From: Amphiscolops sp. MND2022
Lineage: Eukaryota
Direction of reading: 5' to 3'
DNA length: 64,000 nt
NCBI GenBank assembly: GCA_964187785.1
Contig: OZ076409.1
Location: 94,676,001-94,740,000, forward strand
The notes beneath the pieces were generated by a model. The model ran no database searches and had not been told where the DNA came from. It was given only the letters and a program-made list of their open reading frames with translations. Positions within the stretch are counted from its first letter, which is position 1, and each line of letters begins with the position of its first letter. Position numbers and translations under genes: made by a program. Shown piece after piece: positions 39,567-53,200 of this stretch.

Positions 39567-42500
39567 ACGGGAGACAGTTCCGCTCATTTTCTTTTAGTAG
39601 GACTGAACGTTCATCAAGGTATAGCGGTCAAAAAAGTTGGCTTAACCCTAATTGACCCAAGCGATTTTGCATATTTTGAAAAATTCAGATTAAAATTTTA
39701 AATCATTAATCCCTCTACAACTACGCATACCAGAGAAATGACGTACAGCGCGTTTGAAAGGCTTAATATTGTGCTTTCATTTTGGCCAGGTGATCCCCTG
39801 TCGCCGAGCGCACCATTCTTCAGAACTTGTTTTTCGATATCACCGCTTCTAACCATTCCGCACTTCGGGGGCTTGTAGTAACAACAAAATATTATAGGGG
39901 TTTGTTCCACCAGGACTTGTTGTGGAAGGGTATGTGGTTTGTTTTTTCTATTGATCAAAGACTTTTGAGAAAACAGGATTTCGTCAAAATCTTGACAAAA
40001 TTTTGAGAAAATATAACTCTTGTTTTGTGCAAAAAACTCATTTTTCTAAGCTTTGGAGATATATTCCCTTTTTCTAATGCTTGTACCATTCAAATCAATC
40101 TAGAAACCAATTACTTGTTGAAAAAAAACTGTGCTAGAGAAAATGGGCTACTGGCAAAAGGAATCAGAATTTGGAAAAAAGGTAGGCTGCTTTAAAGCAT
40201 CACTAGGTTCATTGGGGTTAAAAAAAAACAAAGATCGGATATAGCGTGCTGGGCCTCAGAAAACGTAATTTTAAGACAAAAATTATTCATTTTGAAATTT
40301 CTCACAATGCTGAAAACTGTAAAAGGGGGCCCTTTGAGATTTTTTAACAACCATTCTGTTGCAAAATTTCAAAAAAAATGAAGGGGAACCCATTGGAGTC
40401 TTTGAAAAATTTTCGAAAAAACCAAAAAATGAGAATTTCCAACAGTCTCAGTGCCGAAAAATCTGAAAGAAGGGACTCTTTGGGATTTTTTAAAATTCGT
40501 TCTGTTGCAAAATATCAAAACAAATTGAAGGGAGGACCCTATGAGGACATTAAAAAATTTTCGAAAAAAAGTCTCACAAAGCCGAAAAAAGGAGGAGTCT
40601 CATAGTGCCGAAAAAATGAGAACCTTCTGCTTCGGAATACTTGTAAAAAATTAGCGCATACTCACGGGTTCGAACACGAACCCTCTGGGTTGAAAAGCAA
40701 GCATCTTACCACTAGACCACGAACGCCTGAACTATGCTCTGCGACTTGCGGGCTGAAACGAGAACTATCGCGCGGAAAAAAAGCACCCGCACTTTCCCAT
40801 AACACTTGCTTATCGTGTATAACAAGTGTAAAAACGACTAAACTACTAGACCGGCAAGCGGAAACGCATCTAATTCAGTGCAAAGGGTCCCCCTTCCATT
40901 TACTCCATTTTTAACGTAAGATACAAAACCGGACAAGACTATAGGGTCCCCCTTTGTTTTTTGGCACTGTGCGACTTTTTTTTGATTTTTTGTCTCCAAA
41001 GGGTCCCTCCTTCTAGTTTTTTGATATTTTGCAACAAACTAGACTTTCAAAAAGCCCAAAGGGTCACCCTTTTACAATTTTAAAAACTTTGCGCTTTTCA
41101 GCCGTAGATATAGCGCCGACTTTAGACGTTCCCCTCTTGTTAGTCCTATATCCGTTATGTTAGCCGGTTAAAAAGACGGGTTATAAAGTCCAGCCGCTAA
41201 AAATATCAATGATTACTCCGCGGCACTCTAAGGAGTGCATAGTTATTCAATTAAAGGGTACTTCGGATATAACGTACTTCGGATTCAACGTCGTCCTTCG
41301 GACACGCCCTAGTATGCGAACACGGTTGAACACTAGACAAAAGTATACTGAGCGGCGGTACTGTAAACACCCAGTGTCATTTCTGCTTGAATTTGAACCA
41401 GCTTGAAAATCTCAGCGAATGAATAATTAGTCCAGCAAGAAATTGCTCGTTTTCAATCAAGAAAGAAGACACGACGGGAGACAGTTCCGCTCATTTTCTT
41501 TTAGTAGGACTGAACGTTCATCAAGGTATAGCGGTCAAAAAAGTTGGCTTAACCCTAATTGACCCGAGCGATTTTGCATATTTTGAAAAATTCAGATTAA
41601 AATTTTAAATCATTAATCCCTCTACAACTACGCATACCAGAGAAATGACGTACAGCGCGTTTGAAAGGCTTAATATTGTGCTTTCATTTTGGCCAGGTGA
41701 TCCCCTGTCGCCGAGCGCACCATTCTTCAGAACTTGTTTTTCGATATCACCGCTTCTAACCATTCCGCACTTCGGGGGCTTGTAGTAACAACAAAATATT
41801 ATAGGGGTTTGTTCCACCAGGACTTGTTGTGGAAGGGTATGTGGTTTGTTTTTTCTATTGATCAAAGACTTTTGAGAAAACAGGATTTCGTCAAAATCTT
41901 GACAAAATTTTGAGAAAATATAACTCTTGTTTTGTGCAAAAAACTCATTTTTCTAAGCTTTGGAGATATATTCCCTTTTTCTAATGCTTGTACCATTGAA
42001 ATCAATCTAGGTACCAATTACTTGTTGAAAAAAAACTGTGCTAGAGAAAATGGGCTACTGGCAAAAGGAATCAGAATTTGGAAAAAAGGTAGGCTGCTTT
42101 AAAGCATCACTAGGTTCATTGGGGTTAAAAAAAAACAAAGATCGGATATAGCGTGCTGGGCCTCAGAAAACGTAATTTTAAGACAAAAATTATTCATTTT
42201 GAAATTTCTCACAATGCTGAAAACTGTAAAAGGGGGCCCGTTGAGATTTTTTAACAACCATTCTGTTGCAAAATTTCAAAAAAATTGAAGGGGAACCCAT
42301 TGGAGTCTTTGAAATATTTTCGAAAAAAAAACCAAAAAATGAGAATTTTTAACAGTCTCAGTGCCAAAAAATCTGAAAGAAGGGACTCTTTGGGATTTTT
42401 TAAAATTCGTTCTGTTGCAAAATATCAAAACAAATTGAAGGGAGGACCCTTTGAGGACATTAAAAAATTTTCGAAAAAAAGTCTCACAAAGCCGAAAAAA

Positions 42501-44025
42501 GGAGGAGTCTCATAGTGCCGAAAAAATGAGAACCTTCTGCTTCGGAATACTTGTAAAAAATTAGCGCATACTCACGGGTTCGAACACGAACCCTCTGGGT
42601 TGAAAAGCAAGCATCTTACCACTAGACCACGAACGCCTGAACTATGCTATGTGACTTGCGGGCTGAAACGAGAACTATCGCGCGGAAAAAAAGCACCCGC
42701 ACTTTCCCATAACACTTGCTTATCGTGTATAACAAAAGTAAAAACGACTAAACTACTAGACCGGCAAGCGGAAACGCATCTAATTCAGTGCAAAGGGTCC
42801 CCCTTCCATTTACTCCATTTTTAACGTAAGATACAAAACCGGACAAGACTATAGGGTCCCCCTTTGTTTTTTGGCACTGTGCGACTTTTTTTGATTTTTT
42901 TGTCTCCAAAGGGTCCCTCCTTCTAGTTTTTTGATATTTTGCAACAAACTAGACTTTCAAAAAGCCCAAAGGGTCACCCTTTTACAATTTTAAAAACTTT
43001 GCGCTTTTCAGCCGTAGATATAGCGCCGACTTTAGACGTTCCCCTCTTGTTAGTCCTATATCCGTTATGTTAGCCGGTTAAAAAGACGGGTTATAAAGTC
43101 CAGCCGCTAAAAATATCAATGATTACTCCGCGGCACTCTAAGGAGTGCATAGTTATTCAATTAAAGGGTACTTCGGATATAACGTACTTCGGATTCAACG
43201 TCGTCCTTCGGACACGCCCTAGTATGCGAACACGGTTGAACACTAGACAAAAGTATACTGAGCGGCGGTACTGTAAACACCCAGTGTCATTTCTGCTTGA
43301 ATTTGAACCAGCTTGAAAATCTCAGCGAATGAATAATTAGTCCAGCAAGAAATTGCTCGTTTTCAATCAAGAAAGAAGACACGACGGGAGACAGTTCCGC
43401 TCATTTTCTTTTAGTAGGACTGAACGTTCATCAAGGTATAGCGGTCAAAAAAGTTGGCTTAACCCTAATTGACCCAAGCGATTTTGCATATTTTGAAAAA
43501 TTCAGATTAAAATTTTAAATCATTAATCCCTCTACAACTACGCATACCAGAGAAATGACGTACAGCGCGTTTGAAAGGCTTAATATTGTGCTTTCATTTT
43601 GGCCAGGTGATCCCCTGTCGCCGAGCGCACCATTCTTCAGAACTTGTTTTTCGATATCACCGCTTCTAACCATTCCGCACTTCGGGGGCTTGTAGTAACA
43701 ACAGTATATTATTGGGGATTTGTTGCACAAGGTGTTGTGAAAGGGTATGGGGTTGCTTTTCTTTATGGGTCAAGGACTTTTGTGAGTAAAGTGGATTTTG
43801 TCGAAAACTGAATTTTGGAAAAGTATAACCATTTTTTGTGCAAAAAAAAACATTTTTCTCAGTTTTGGAGACATTCACTTTTTCTAATGCTTGTGCCATT
43901 CAAATCAATCTAGGTACCAATGATTTGTCGATAAAAAACTGCTAGAGAATATGGGCTGTTGACAAAAGGAATCAGAAATTGAAAAGGTAGGCTGCTTTAA
44001 AGTACCACTAGGTTCATTAGGGTTA
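39567..44025. repeat. Tandem segmental repeat, unit ~1.91 kb (starts 39567, 41474, 43384; third copy partial and diverged)
   Basis: ACGGGAGACAGTTCCGCTCATTTTC recurs at 1907 and 1910 bp spacing; identical short ORFs are repeated. Confidence 0.96.
40660..40725 (-). repeat. tRNA-like sequence embedded in a dispersed repeat (copy at ~42570-42635)
   Basis: Minus strand GTGGTCTAGTGGTAAGATG...TTTTCAA...GTTCGAACCC (A and B boxes). Confidence 0.5.
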
Positions 44026-44291
44026 ATATTCCAGCTTACACAGAAGTAATAATAATTGCTGAAATTGTCAAACTTTCTCAGCCGTTAAGGAAAAACAAGG
44101 TAAAAGCTAATCTACTTTTAATGCGGAGTCACCGAAACCTTGTACAACAAGCTGGCAACCTACAATAAATGAAACAAAAATACAAATTTGCAAGTGAGAG
44201 CATATGCATTATCTAATTAAACAATCCTTACATTCCATTCAAAGATGACTTCCTGAGGTGTATTTACATTTTATAAGATGAGACTGCATTA

Positions 44292-47200
44292 CTAGACATT
44301 GGATGATCTTTCAGTTGCGGATAGATCCGAAGATATTCCTGATCTTGAGTTGTACCCGCTGACAGACGAATGGGATTCTTGCAGACACAAATTTTCATCA
44401 TTAATAGAACGAGATTGAGAAAGGGTTTTCTTTTTGGTCCTATGAGAGTTGCTCAAAGACGAATGACGATGCGAAGATGAAGCAGATAACGCAGAACCCG
44501 TAGTTCTCATTATACTGCTGATGCTAAGACTCCGTTTGAACTTCTCCATGACAGAATCCGTCGATTTGAACCGCTTTATCATTTCCGCACTAGCTTCTTC
44601 GTCCAAAGACGGCGAGAAAGGAAGATACGAAACTGAGGTGGATGCTTCGCATATATCCGCCAAACTACTCATGGGTTGATGGCAATCGACAGATCCTCTG
44701 TTGGTCAGATACCTGTGACTATTCGTTTTTTTATCCGCCGATCTCGTTATTCGGCTACGATGACTACTGGTTTCCCCAAATCTGCTATCAGCAGCTACAC
44801 GAACTTCTTCGACATTCGAAGAAATGGAGACTGATTTTTTCTCAGGACTCGATTGTCGTCTAGTCTTGGATTGCTCCTGCCGCGACGCTTCGTCAAAGAC
44901 GTGAAGACATTCCTGAGACAGAAAATCTTTGGCAAACAGTTCCGATACACTCATGCATTGGCTCTCATCCTTTCTGGGAGAAACTTCAGACGATGAAGGC
45001 ATCGTTGAGTCCAACGAGGCAGCCAACACTGTGAATCTGTTTCTGCACGTTTGCTGAACGATGGTGCCAACAGAACCGTTGTTCTGGGTTGTTGGTTTCT
45101 CCAGATGTTGGAGTTCCGGCATGAACGGAGCTGCACCCGGGGTTTCCAAAACCGGAGTTTCGGGTTCCCCGGAATCAGGAGTTTGAAACGCAGAGTTGGT
45201 AGAAACTACCGGTTGCAGGTCTAAGTGTGGAGTTGCGTATGAGACATGTTCCGGTTCTTGGTTGGTATCGGGTAGGGCATTGCGTGTATTAGCACCATCT
45301 GTTCTGTCATGAGGCGAGAATGCTGAACTGCTAGACGGCGCCTAAACCAGAGCTTGCAATGAAACGCTTCATTGTTAAAAGTTCGAAGTTTAAAATAGAA
45401 AGAACTTTCAAAGTATTTTTCACTACTAAATAGAAAAAGTGAAAACGTTATAGTCTAAAGTTCTGTCCACAGCAGTTCCTGTCCAATGCATAACACATAT
45501 TTCCAAGGAGATGCTATCTCAGTTACGTGTGTGTCACGTCCTGATTGTATACTCGCTTTCAATTGAAGCAAACCGTGTTAAACATGTCAACATTCAGTCT
45601 AATGAAAAAATCTCAAAAGAACGTTGTTTGGGTTTGAAACATGTTCAACAAGTGGAATTTTTAACACCCGAAAGACAAAAACCCAATTATGAAATCACTT
45701 CCTAGTTCTAAGCAAGTTAGAGAATGTGTGGTAGATGCCCTCGATATTGGATACGAATTTCCGGGCTCTAACAACCGTATTCTAACTACTACTTCGCAGC
45801 TTTATCGTGACACAATACCATGTCAGAAACTATGGTGAACAAAATCTCATGGGCATAACTCACATAGACGAAGGTGCAATTTCAGTAAAAAGAACCCTAT
45901 TGGACATAATTTTGAATTGCACTATTATCCCAGAGAAGTAAGGCGATGACTTATTTGATTTGATTGTTTTACTAACTAAAAGTGGGTGGTTCGTGCTACT
46001 GACCTCAACAGGCGGAGCTGTTATGGTAACTCCAGGCGACGCTTCTTCTTCATTCAAAGAGCGTGACGTCACACTCGTCTCTCCTTCTTCGGTGTCAATC
46101 ATTCGCTTTGTGTACACCCACTGCTTGAACAAATTCCAGTCGCCGAATGTCATGTTCAGATAACACTTCAGCTCCTCCATGTCACACAGAGCCAACACTC
46201 TGCCATTGATGTTTTGGCTGCGCAAATTTGTGTGGTACTCGGCGACTCTCAGCCTGTCTAAACCTTCGATTTCTGAGTTGAGCACTTCGCAAATATCCTC
46301 CAATGTATGCTCGGTCAGTGCCTTGCCTCGGTTCTGGCTCAAAACTTGGCTCTGAACTGGTTCGTGGTTTCTAGAAAACCTGATGTCTCTGTTATGTTCT
46401 TCGGATCCTTTGAAAATAAACACGACCTTCAATCAACTATCAATTATAGAAAGTTATTTTCTTAGGGTTTTCCGGTTGAAAACTGGTTAGAATGAGATAC
46501 AGTAAAAAATGAAGATAGGTCTATTAGTTCTGCTTAACCTCAATTACCTATAAATCAAAATATTACTATGATTTCGGTTCAAAAACATGCGTCAATTCTG
46601 TTGTTGGCGTACTCAATTTGAACCAGTAAAATGGTCCAAACATGAAAGCAAATGAGCTATTTTTCAGTATTCTCAAGATCAGAGGATATTCTTTAGTCAA
46701 ACCACCTCAGAACAGAATTTTAGGGTATTTTGTAGCTTCTCCGAAACCCACAACTCCAGGAGAATATAAATTGTTCAGCTTTATCCTATCCTGTGAATTT
46801 TTGCTAAAGTTTGTATTTCAAATATCCTTCGAAATAAAAGTTTTTTAAGCTTTTATGAAGGAATCAAAATCACTTGTCTCGAATGTTTGAAAGCTCCAGA
46901 ACCGTATACAACATACAACCGCGTTATAACTTATATTCTAACTGGTAAGAAAGCTTTCAGGTAGTTCTTTTGTTTGTGCTACAAAAGTCACGTTGAGCAA
47001 ACTTTTTGCACCTTGAAGATTGTAGAAATATCCGGATTGCAAGCTAACTCCAGACGACGTCCAGGGTCGATCGCTTCTAGGACCAGTTGCAGTTGTGAGA
47101 GGTTGCACGGGTTTCAAGTTTCTGATGGGTGCCGAAACAACAGGACTGTTCTCACACGTTGCTTCACCAGGGACATCAATGTAGCTTTTCAGAGCTGGGT

Positions 47201-50200
47201 CCAGGTTAATCGTATGCGGGTAAAACCTGTTTATAAGAGTGCAATCAAAGTTTTTCGTGGGTTCAACTATAATCGACTTGTTTCATATTATGGACTGGGT
47301 TCTTGTATCTCTAAGAGGAGGCTTGTATCTTTTTTCTCAAATACAATTTGACCTTCAAAGGCCGGAAAGATCCTGTCTTTTAATGCTTGTAAACTATATA
47401 TTTTGAAAATATCTCAAAACGGAACCATTGGGCTTTATTTTGAAGCTATGGATATAAAGGGCCTTAACTACTTTTACGTGAAATCTAAAATCGGCTCGGT
47501 AATCCTTCAGCAACTGCAAAATATTTGAACAAATTTCCGAAACTTTTTTCATTTCCACACTAGGTTTCTGCATAAATTCTCATTTGACGAAATGCCCACA
47601 AGTAAAACCTTTCAATTCCAGACAGATTTCTCAGAATACTCTTCATCTTGAGTTGAATTTTACAGAAAAAGTGATTTACACCTTGAAATATTTTTTATCA
47701 CATTTTTTAGTCGGCGTTTCATGAAGCCATAAAAGGCGTGAAAATTAGCACGTTTGAATTTAGAAATGTATGAAAATGAAAACTACCTAAAATAGTTACA
47801 AACTAATTAGGATCCATTAGCCAAAACTAGTTTGGATCGAAATTGCGGAAGGTTGAAAATGCAACAGGTTGAATTGTGAGCGGTTGAAATGGCAACGGAT
47901 CAAATTGTAGATGATGCCCTGACAACGATAAAAGTACATCCTTACCTTTTCACGTCCAACAACAGCACCGCCGGATGATGGCTCGACAGAAATATCTCGA
48001 GATGGCGTCTCTCCGAGTCATTTTCAAACATGACGTCATCTTTGACGGGTGGCAAATGGTACTTTAGATCTTCGTACACGTCTTTCAAAGTATTGCTGAG
48101 TTTGTACTTTCTAGCGTTTTTGATCAAGTAGTAAATTATCCAAGACATGTGGTAACTCCACTTTTCGGTCAAATGCACCCAGTAGGCTAACTTCTTCCAA
48201 TCGAAGTGAATTTTGTCGGCTCTCAGCAGGGTTCCGGAAACGGAGATGATGTTCACAAGTCGTTTCATCTCACGGGGATTCAAATCATTCAGACAATCGC
48301 GGTCGGCGGTCAGCATTTTGCTGAGGTTCCAAGTGGACAACACAGAATGGCCGAAATTGGTACTTAATCCACCACTGCTTACACCAGGGCTGTCATATTT
48401 AACTGTTAAAAACGTTTTTGACATTTTAACACGTTAATTACGAATTTTAATGTAAAAAAATAATGCTAAAAAGAGGAAAAAATGTGTTAAAATCCAATTA
48501 TAATGTTCAATGTTGAAACTTCAATGGCTCAGCTGACGAAACAGAATTTACATCTCAGCCTTCTGTAACCCCAAGAAAACTTCACCTTTTTCTTGAAATG
48601 GTTTTTTCTCGACGCATATCAATTACTTTTGAAACAATGTTATCTGTTTAAAACATGTTTAAAATGAGCTGTTAAAAACATGTGAAACACACGGTTGTTA
48701 TTAACATGACAGCCTTGGTTTACATACACGGGGTTGGCGGAAATAGCCTCTTTACGGTTTCTGTAATCCGCCTCGTTCATGGAATCGGAATTGAAGTGGA
48801 TGCGGTAACTAGAGTGTCGATGACTCATGCTTTTCCTGGGCGGCGAGCAATCGGCAGATCTGACAGCTGTTTCTTCCATCTGGTGATCAATCATTTGTTT
48901 CATCGCATCCAGGAAGTAAGATTCGCGGCTTTTGTCGGGGAAGTAGAACGGGAGATGGACCACTGTTCGCATGTACTCGTGGCTTCTTACGTTCTGGTTT
49001 CTGAATTGGCTGCGAATGTGTTGTTCGATGGATTTGATAATGATCACTGGGTCCAGGCAGTATATGACAATGAAAGGCATGGATGGGTAGCAAAACAGAA
49101 CGGTCACCATTTCCATCACACCCAAAACCTTGTCCTGTTTGAGCATAGGATGTTAAAAATTGATACAATGTGATATAGTACACCTTCATCATGTGATATT
49201 ACCATTACGTTCTCACAAAAAACTTAGTTATGGTTTCAAACGGAGAGCAATTTCTCCTAATTGTGGAAACTTGTTTGGCTGAACATTGAAATTGTGTCGA
49301 ACAAGTTGACGCCCCCCCCTTAGAGCTCAAAAAGCGCAAAGCCTCATATATGCCAACAGTGGCAATTGAGGGGACCTATTAGGCTCGTTAAACAATTTTC
49401 CGAAGTTGAAACAGCGTGACAACTGAAGGGCGCCCTTTGGTGAAATGGATTTTTTTCGAAATCCCTTTGCTACTTTCCAGCCTAGTTGATGTTTCTAGTT
49501 TGTGGTCCTAGATATGAAATGGTCCTAGATACATTTTAGACTGCCTTCGCGATTCATGTCACTGGAGAAGTTGAACAAAAAGTGGAGCATTTAGTGTGAC
49601 CACTGACACAGAAACTTCTTGTCTCTAATGAGTCGGGCACTTTTTGTATTTCAAAAAGCGCCAGCTAAATAAAAAGGGCTCTGATTTTTCAACCGTTACA
49701 GAAGTGTGCCTTTCAATCGGAGACGGCTTTCACTTCTGAGACGTTTTTTTTTGCAAGAACGCTGATTCGATGGCGGCTATTTTTGAAGTACATACAGTAA
49801 TGTGGAAAATGGTCAATTTAACATCCCTGTTCACAACTGTCCAAGCCATCCACAAACACGACCATGCGAGTAGACCTCATTGCAAACTCGTCAATTCCGT
49901 TCGTTATCCTCGCCAATGATTCCACTTTGCGTCTCAACTCCTGCACGTACTTTTCTTCCGTCATGGATCCAAAGTTCTCTGCAAGTTGCATGGACCTTTT
50001 GAACTGTGATTTATGGAAACAGTAACAGACGTTGATCAAAGTGGGCAGATGCAAAAGAAGAATGATCAGCGCCAAAGATCCCAGAATGACGCAAGAAATC
50101 GTGAACTTGCGGAAGTCAATCATGACGAGGAACCCAACGGCTAGCCAGAGAAGCACGAAAACTATCAAGTGAACAAAGGTCGGAATACACAAGGTTAGTT

Positions 50201-53200
50201 TGAACTTCGAAGACCTGTTAGGGTTGCTGCGTAATGAGGTTTGGAATAAACGAAACGCCAAAAACCCGTACTCTGCTTCCGCTTCGTTACACAAAGATGC
50301 CACTAGTTTGGCGAGCGCGGCTTCGCCTCCAACGCTAGTCAAGTTCAGATATGACCAATTAATTAGTGAAAATCGCCCAAAAACATTGGATTTCGCAAGA
50401 AAACAATGGCTATTTTGCCTTACTACAATTGATCTTAACTTTATGCGAGTTTTGACATCGCTAATTTTTTTGTTAATCGCTAAACCGCTAATTTCAAAAT
50501 CGCTATTCCGCTGAAAAACTTTTTCAAACAAGAATTTTTTGAATATAAACAATAACTTAATTCAATTTTCGCAAGAAAAAACTAGAATTTTAAATACTGT
50601 GTGGATTTTACAGATGAAGAGTTGGAATTTTTCGCAATTCATTTTCAAACTCCGAGTATTTTTCGAGGAAACTTTGAATTAGGACAACCTATTAATTGCC
50701 GCTAATTTAAATCGCTGAAATGATACGCTGATTAGCGGTGTCACAATTCTGCTTCATATTAAAGAGTGATTGAACTCATGATATTCGATAGAATACTCAC
50801 ATTAATTATACCTAAACTGTACTTCACATTGAATATCCCAGAAATTTATCAAAAAGTTGAGTTTCACGCTAAGATAAATTAAGAGTAAATATGATTTTTA
50901 GGACGTTTTTAGAACCAGAATCGCTGAAATATTCTGTTTTGCAAGAGCCTTATTTGACCATAAGTTATCTAAAAAATAATCGTTTGCTGAAATTTAATTG
51001 GTCATGCCTAGTAACACGGGATCTGTCGGTGAACAAATAGCGCATGGGTCTCGCACTTGAATGTGAGTTGCGATGGTTCAAGTTGCGTTTGGAAGCTCGA
51101 GTGCTAGGGGGTCTAAGAAAGACTATACATAGCAGTAAATGGATGTACGCTAAGGTTTTATCAATGCGGTTGATAGAATGTCGTGCTAAGGTTACTCTAG
51201 ACGCACAACAGCGGATAAACTCAATAACTAACACAGGCAAGAAGGCTATCGAACATCCAAAAAACATTCCTGCCAGTCGGGTTTTCTATCATGATTTTGC
51301 TACATACATTATCGTTCTTGTAAAAAGGCGCTATTGATAGAAGGGGAACGTTTATTTGGGCCCGAAAAACGGAGGCCAGATAATGAAATGTTATCTGAGG
51401 CCCAAAAATTTGTTCATTGAACTTATTATTATAACGTAGTCAGCTATATTCACATACCCCTAGTGCCCCAAATGCAGGAGCGAAGCGAAGCGGAGCGACG
51501 TGCCATATGGTCATGCTTCAATGTTGCTACTTGGCGAAGGGAGCGAAGCGACCGAGCCATACAACAAATAAGCTAACCTCTTCAAATAAATCAAGTTAAA
51601 TACATATTGGCTGATATAATATTATCTGACGCTAATAGGAATAGTCCCCGAATTGATCGGGCCTCAAATTACACTAGCTTCGGGCGGGCCTCAATTGTTA
51701 GGGCCTCAAATATGCTACCCGTTAGCAATACTCAAAATGGTGTGCAAACTGTAAGATTGTATCTGGTTCTAACAAGGACAAACACGCTGAGATTTTAAAA
51801 CCGTGCCGAACGCATGGGAGAAAAAAATACATTTTGTGCAACCAAAAAGGAAATTATATCTGCATTCATATATTCACTTATATAAACAATAGCGTTCAAA
51901 AATATCGCAACTCCATGGTTTAAAATAGCAAATTTCAAAAATCAAGTATCTTGAAAACTGTCTCGAATACAGAAAACTGTCAGCTAGGAAAGTCTCAAAG
52001 AATTATATATATTTGACTAAATAGCCGACGCGGCTTCTTAGTACAGTAGACTTCGCGTAATTACACACCCGATAATCACCAAAAAAGTGTGCAATTAGGC
52101 AGAGTATCCTGTAGAAAACCCGACCGGATATTCTAATGGGCAAATCGGTGGGTGCGAAGTACGCGAAGGTAGAAACGATGATTCCGGACAACAAGATGAT
52201 GAGGTAGATAATCCAGCGCTTCTCACTCTGGTCAGCGACTGGCACTGGTTGGCAGAACGCTCTCATGTCCGATTCCAACCTACAGTGACATTCAATTTTG
52301 ATACAGTAAGGACGTAAAAATACTGAAAAAGAACACTGAATTCTATAATTTTATGATAAAAATTATCATGAAAGATGGCAGTGTGCAAAAATACAAAAAA
52401 ATAAATTCAAATTTTTTGCTAGGCAATACAGACTTCTTTCTATATGGAGAGTAGAATCTAAAATCCATCCAATTCAAGTCGTAATTAAGTGTTGGGTCCA
52501 TCCTCATTTTGAAGTGATACACCTATTTCAATTTCGATTTGAATTGTTGAGGTTTTGATTCAAGTTTCCTGAGATTTTTGAAACGGCGAAGAATTTGAAA
52601 TACAAAAAATTCGATCTGGGAGACTCTTTTATGAAGTTCATTGGAGAGAAGATGGGATTGTCACCTACAGCAGGCAACTCATTCATTTTACATTTTCGAA
52701 ATTTTACAATTCGAAAACAAATCACTAAAATAAATAGTATCATCTATGCGACTATCTTCTAAATTATGATTCCGTTTTCCATTTTGTCGCTCAAAAATAA
52801 CTCAATAAGTTTGTCTGAGCCCGAAAAACCAGCTTAAAAAAACCTTTTAAAAAGGTGAAAAACTATTACCATGCCAGAAATTCCTTGCGTTGCTCCAAAA
52901 AACAAGCCGGAAACGGCACAAATTGGCGCCTCCTCGATTAAGGTTCAAAAAACAAAAAGTTCTTCAAATTGTTAAGAAACTGTTTTTGGAAACTGTTTTG
53001 ACTGTTAATGTCAAAAAATGCAAAATGCCGAAAAAAATCGACTTGTAACTTTGTAATTCTGCTAAAAATATCAAAATCTGAAAGGGCGTCTTTATTTTGA
53101 ATTATTTTGGGCGTCATTGGATTTCGGGTTGTTAGTAGATCTTTCATGGTCACTTCGACCAGGTTGAAAAACGAGCAGGAACGACATAAATAGGTGCACG

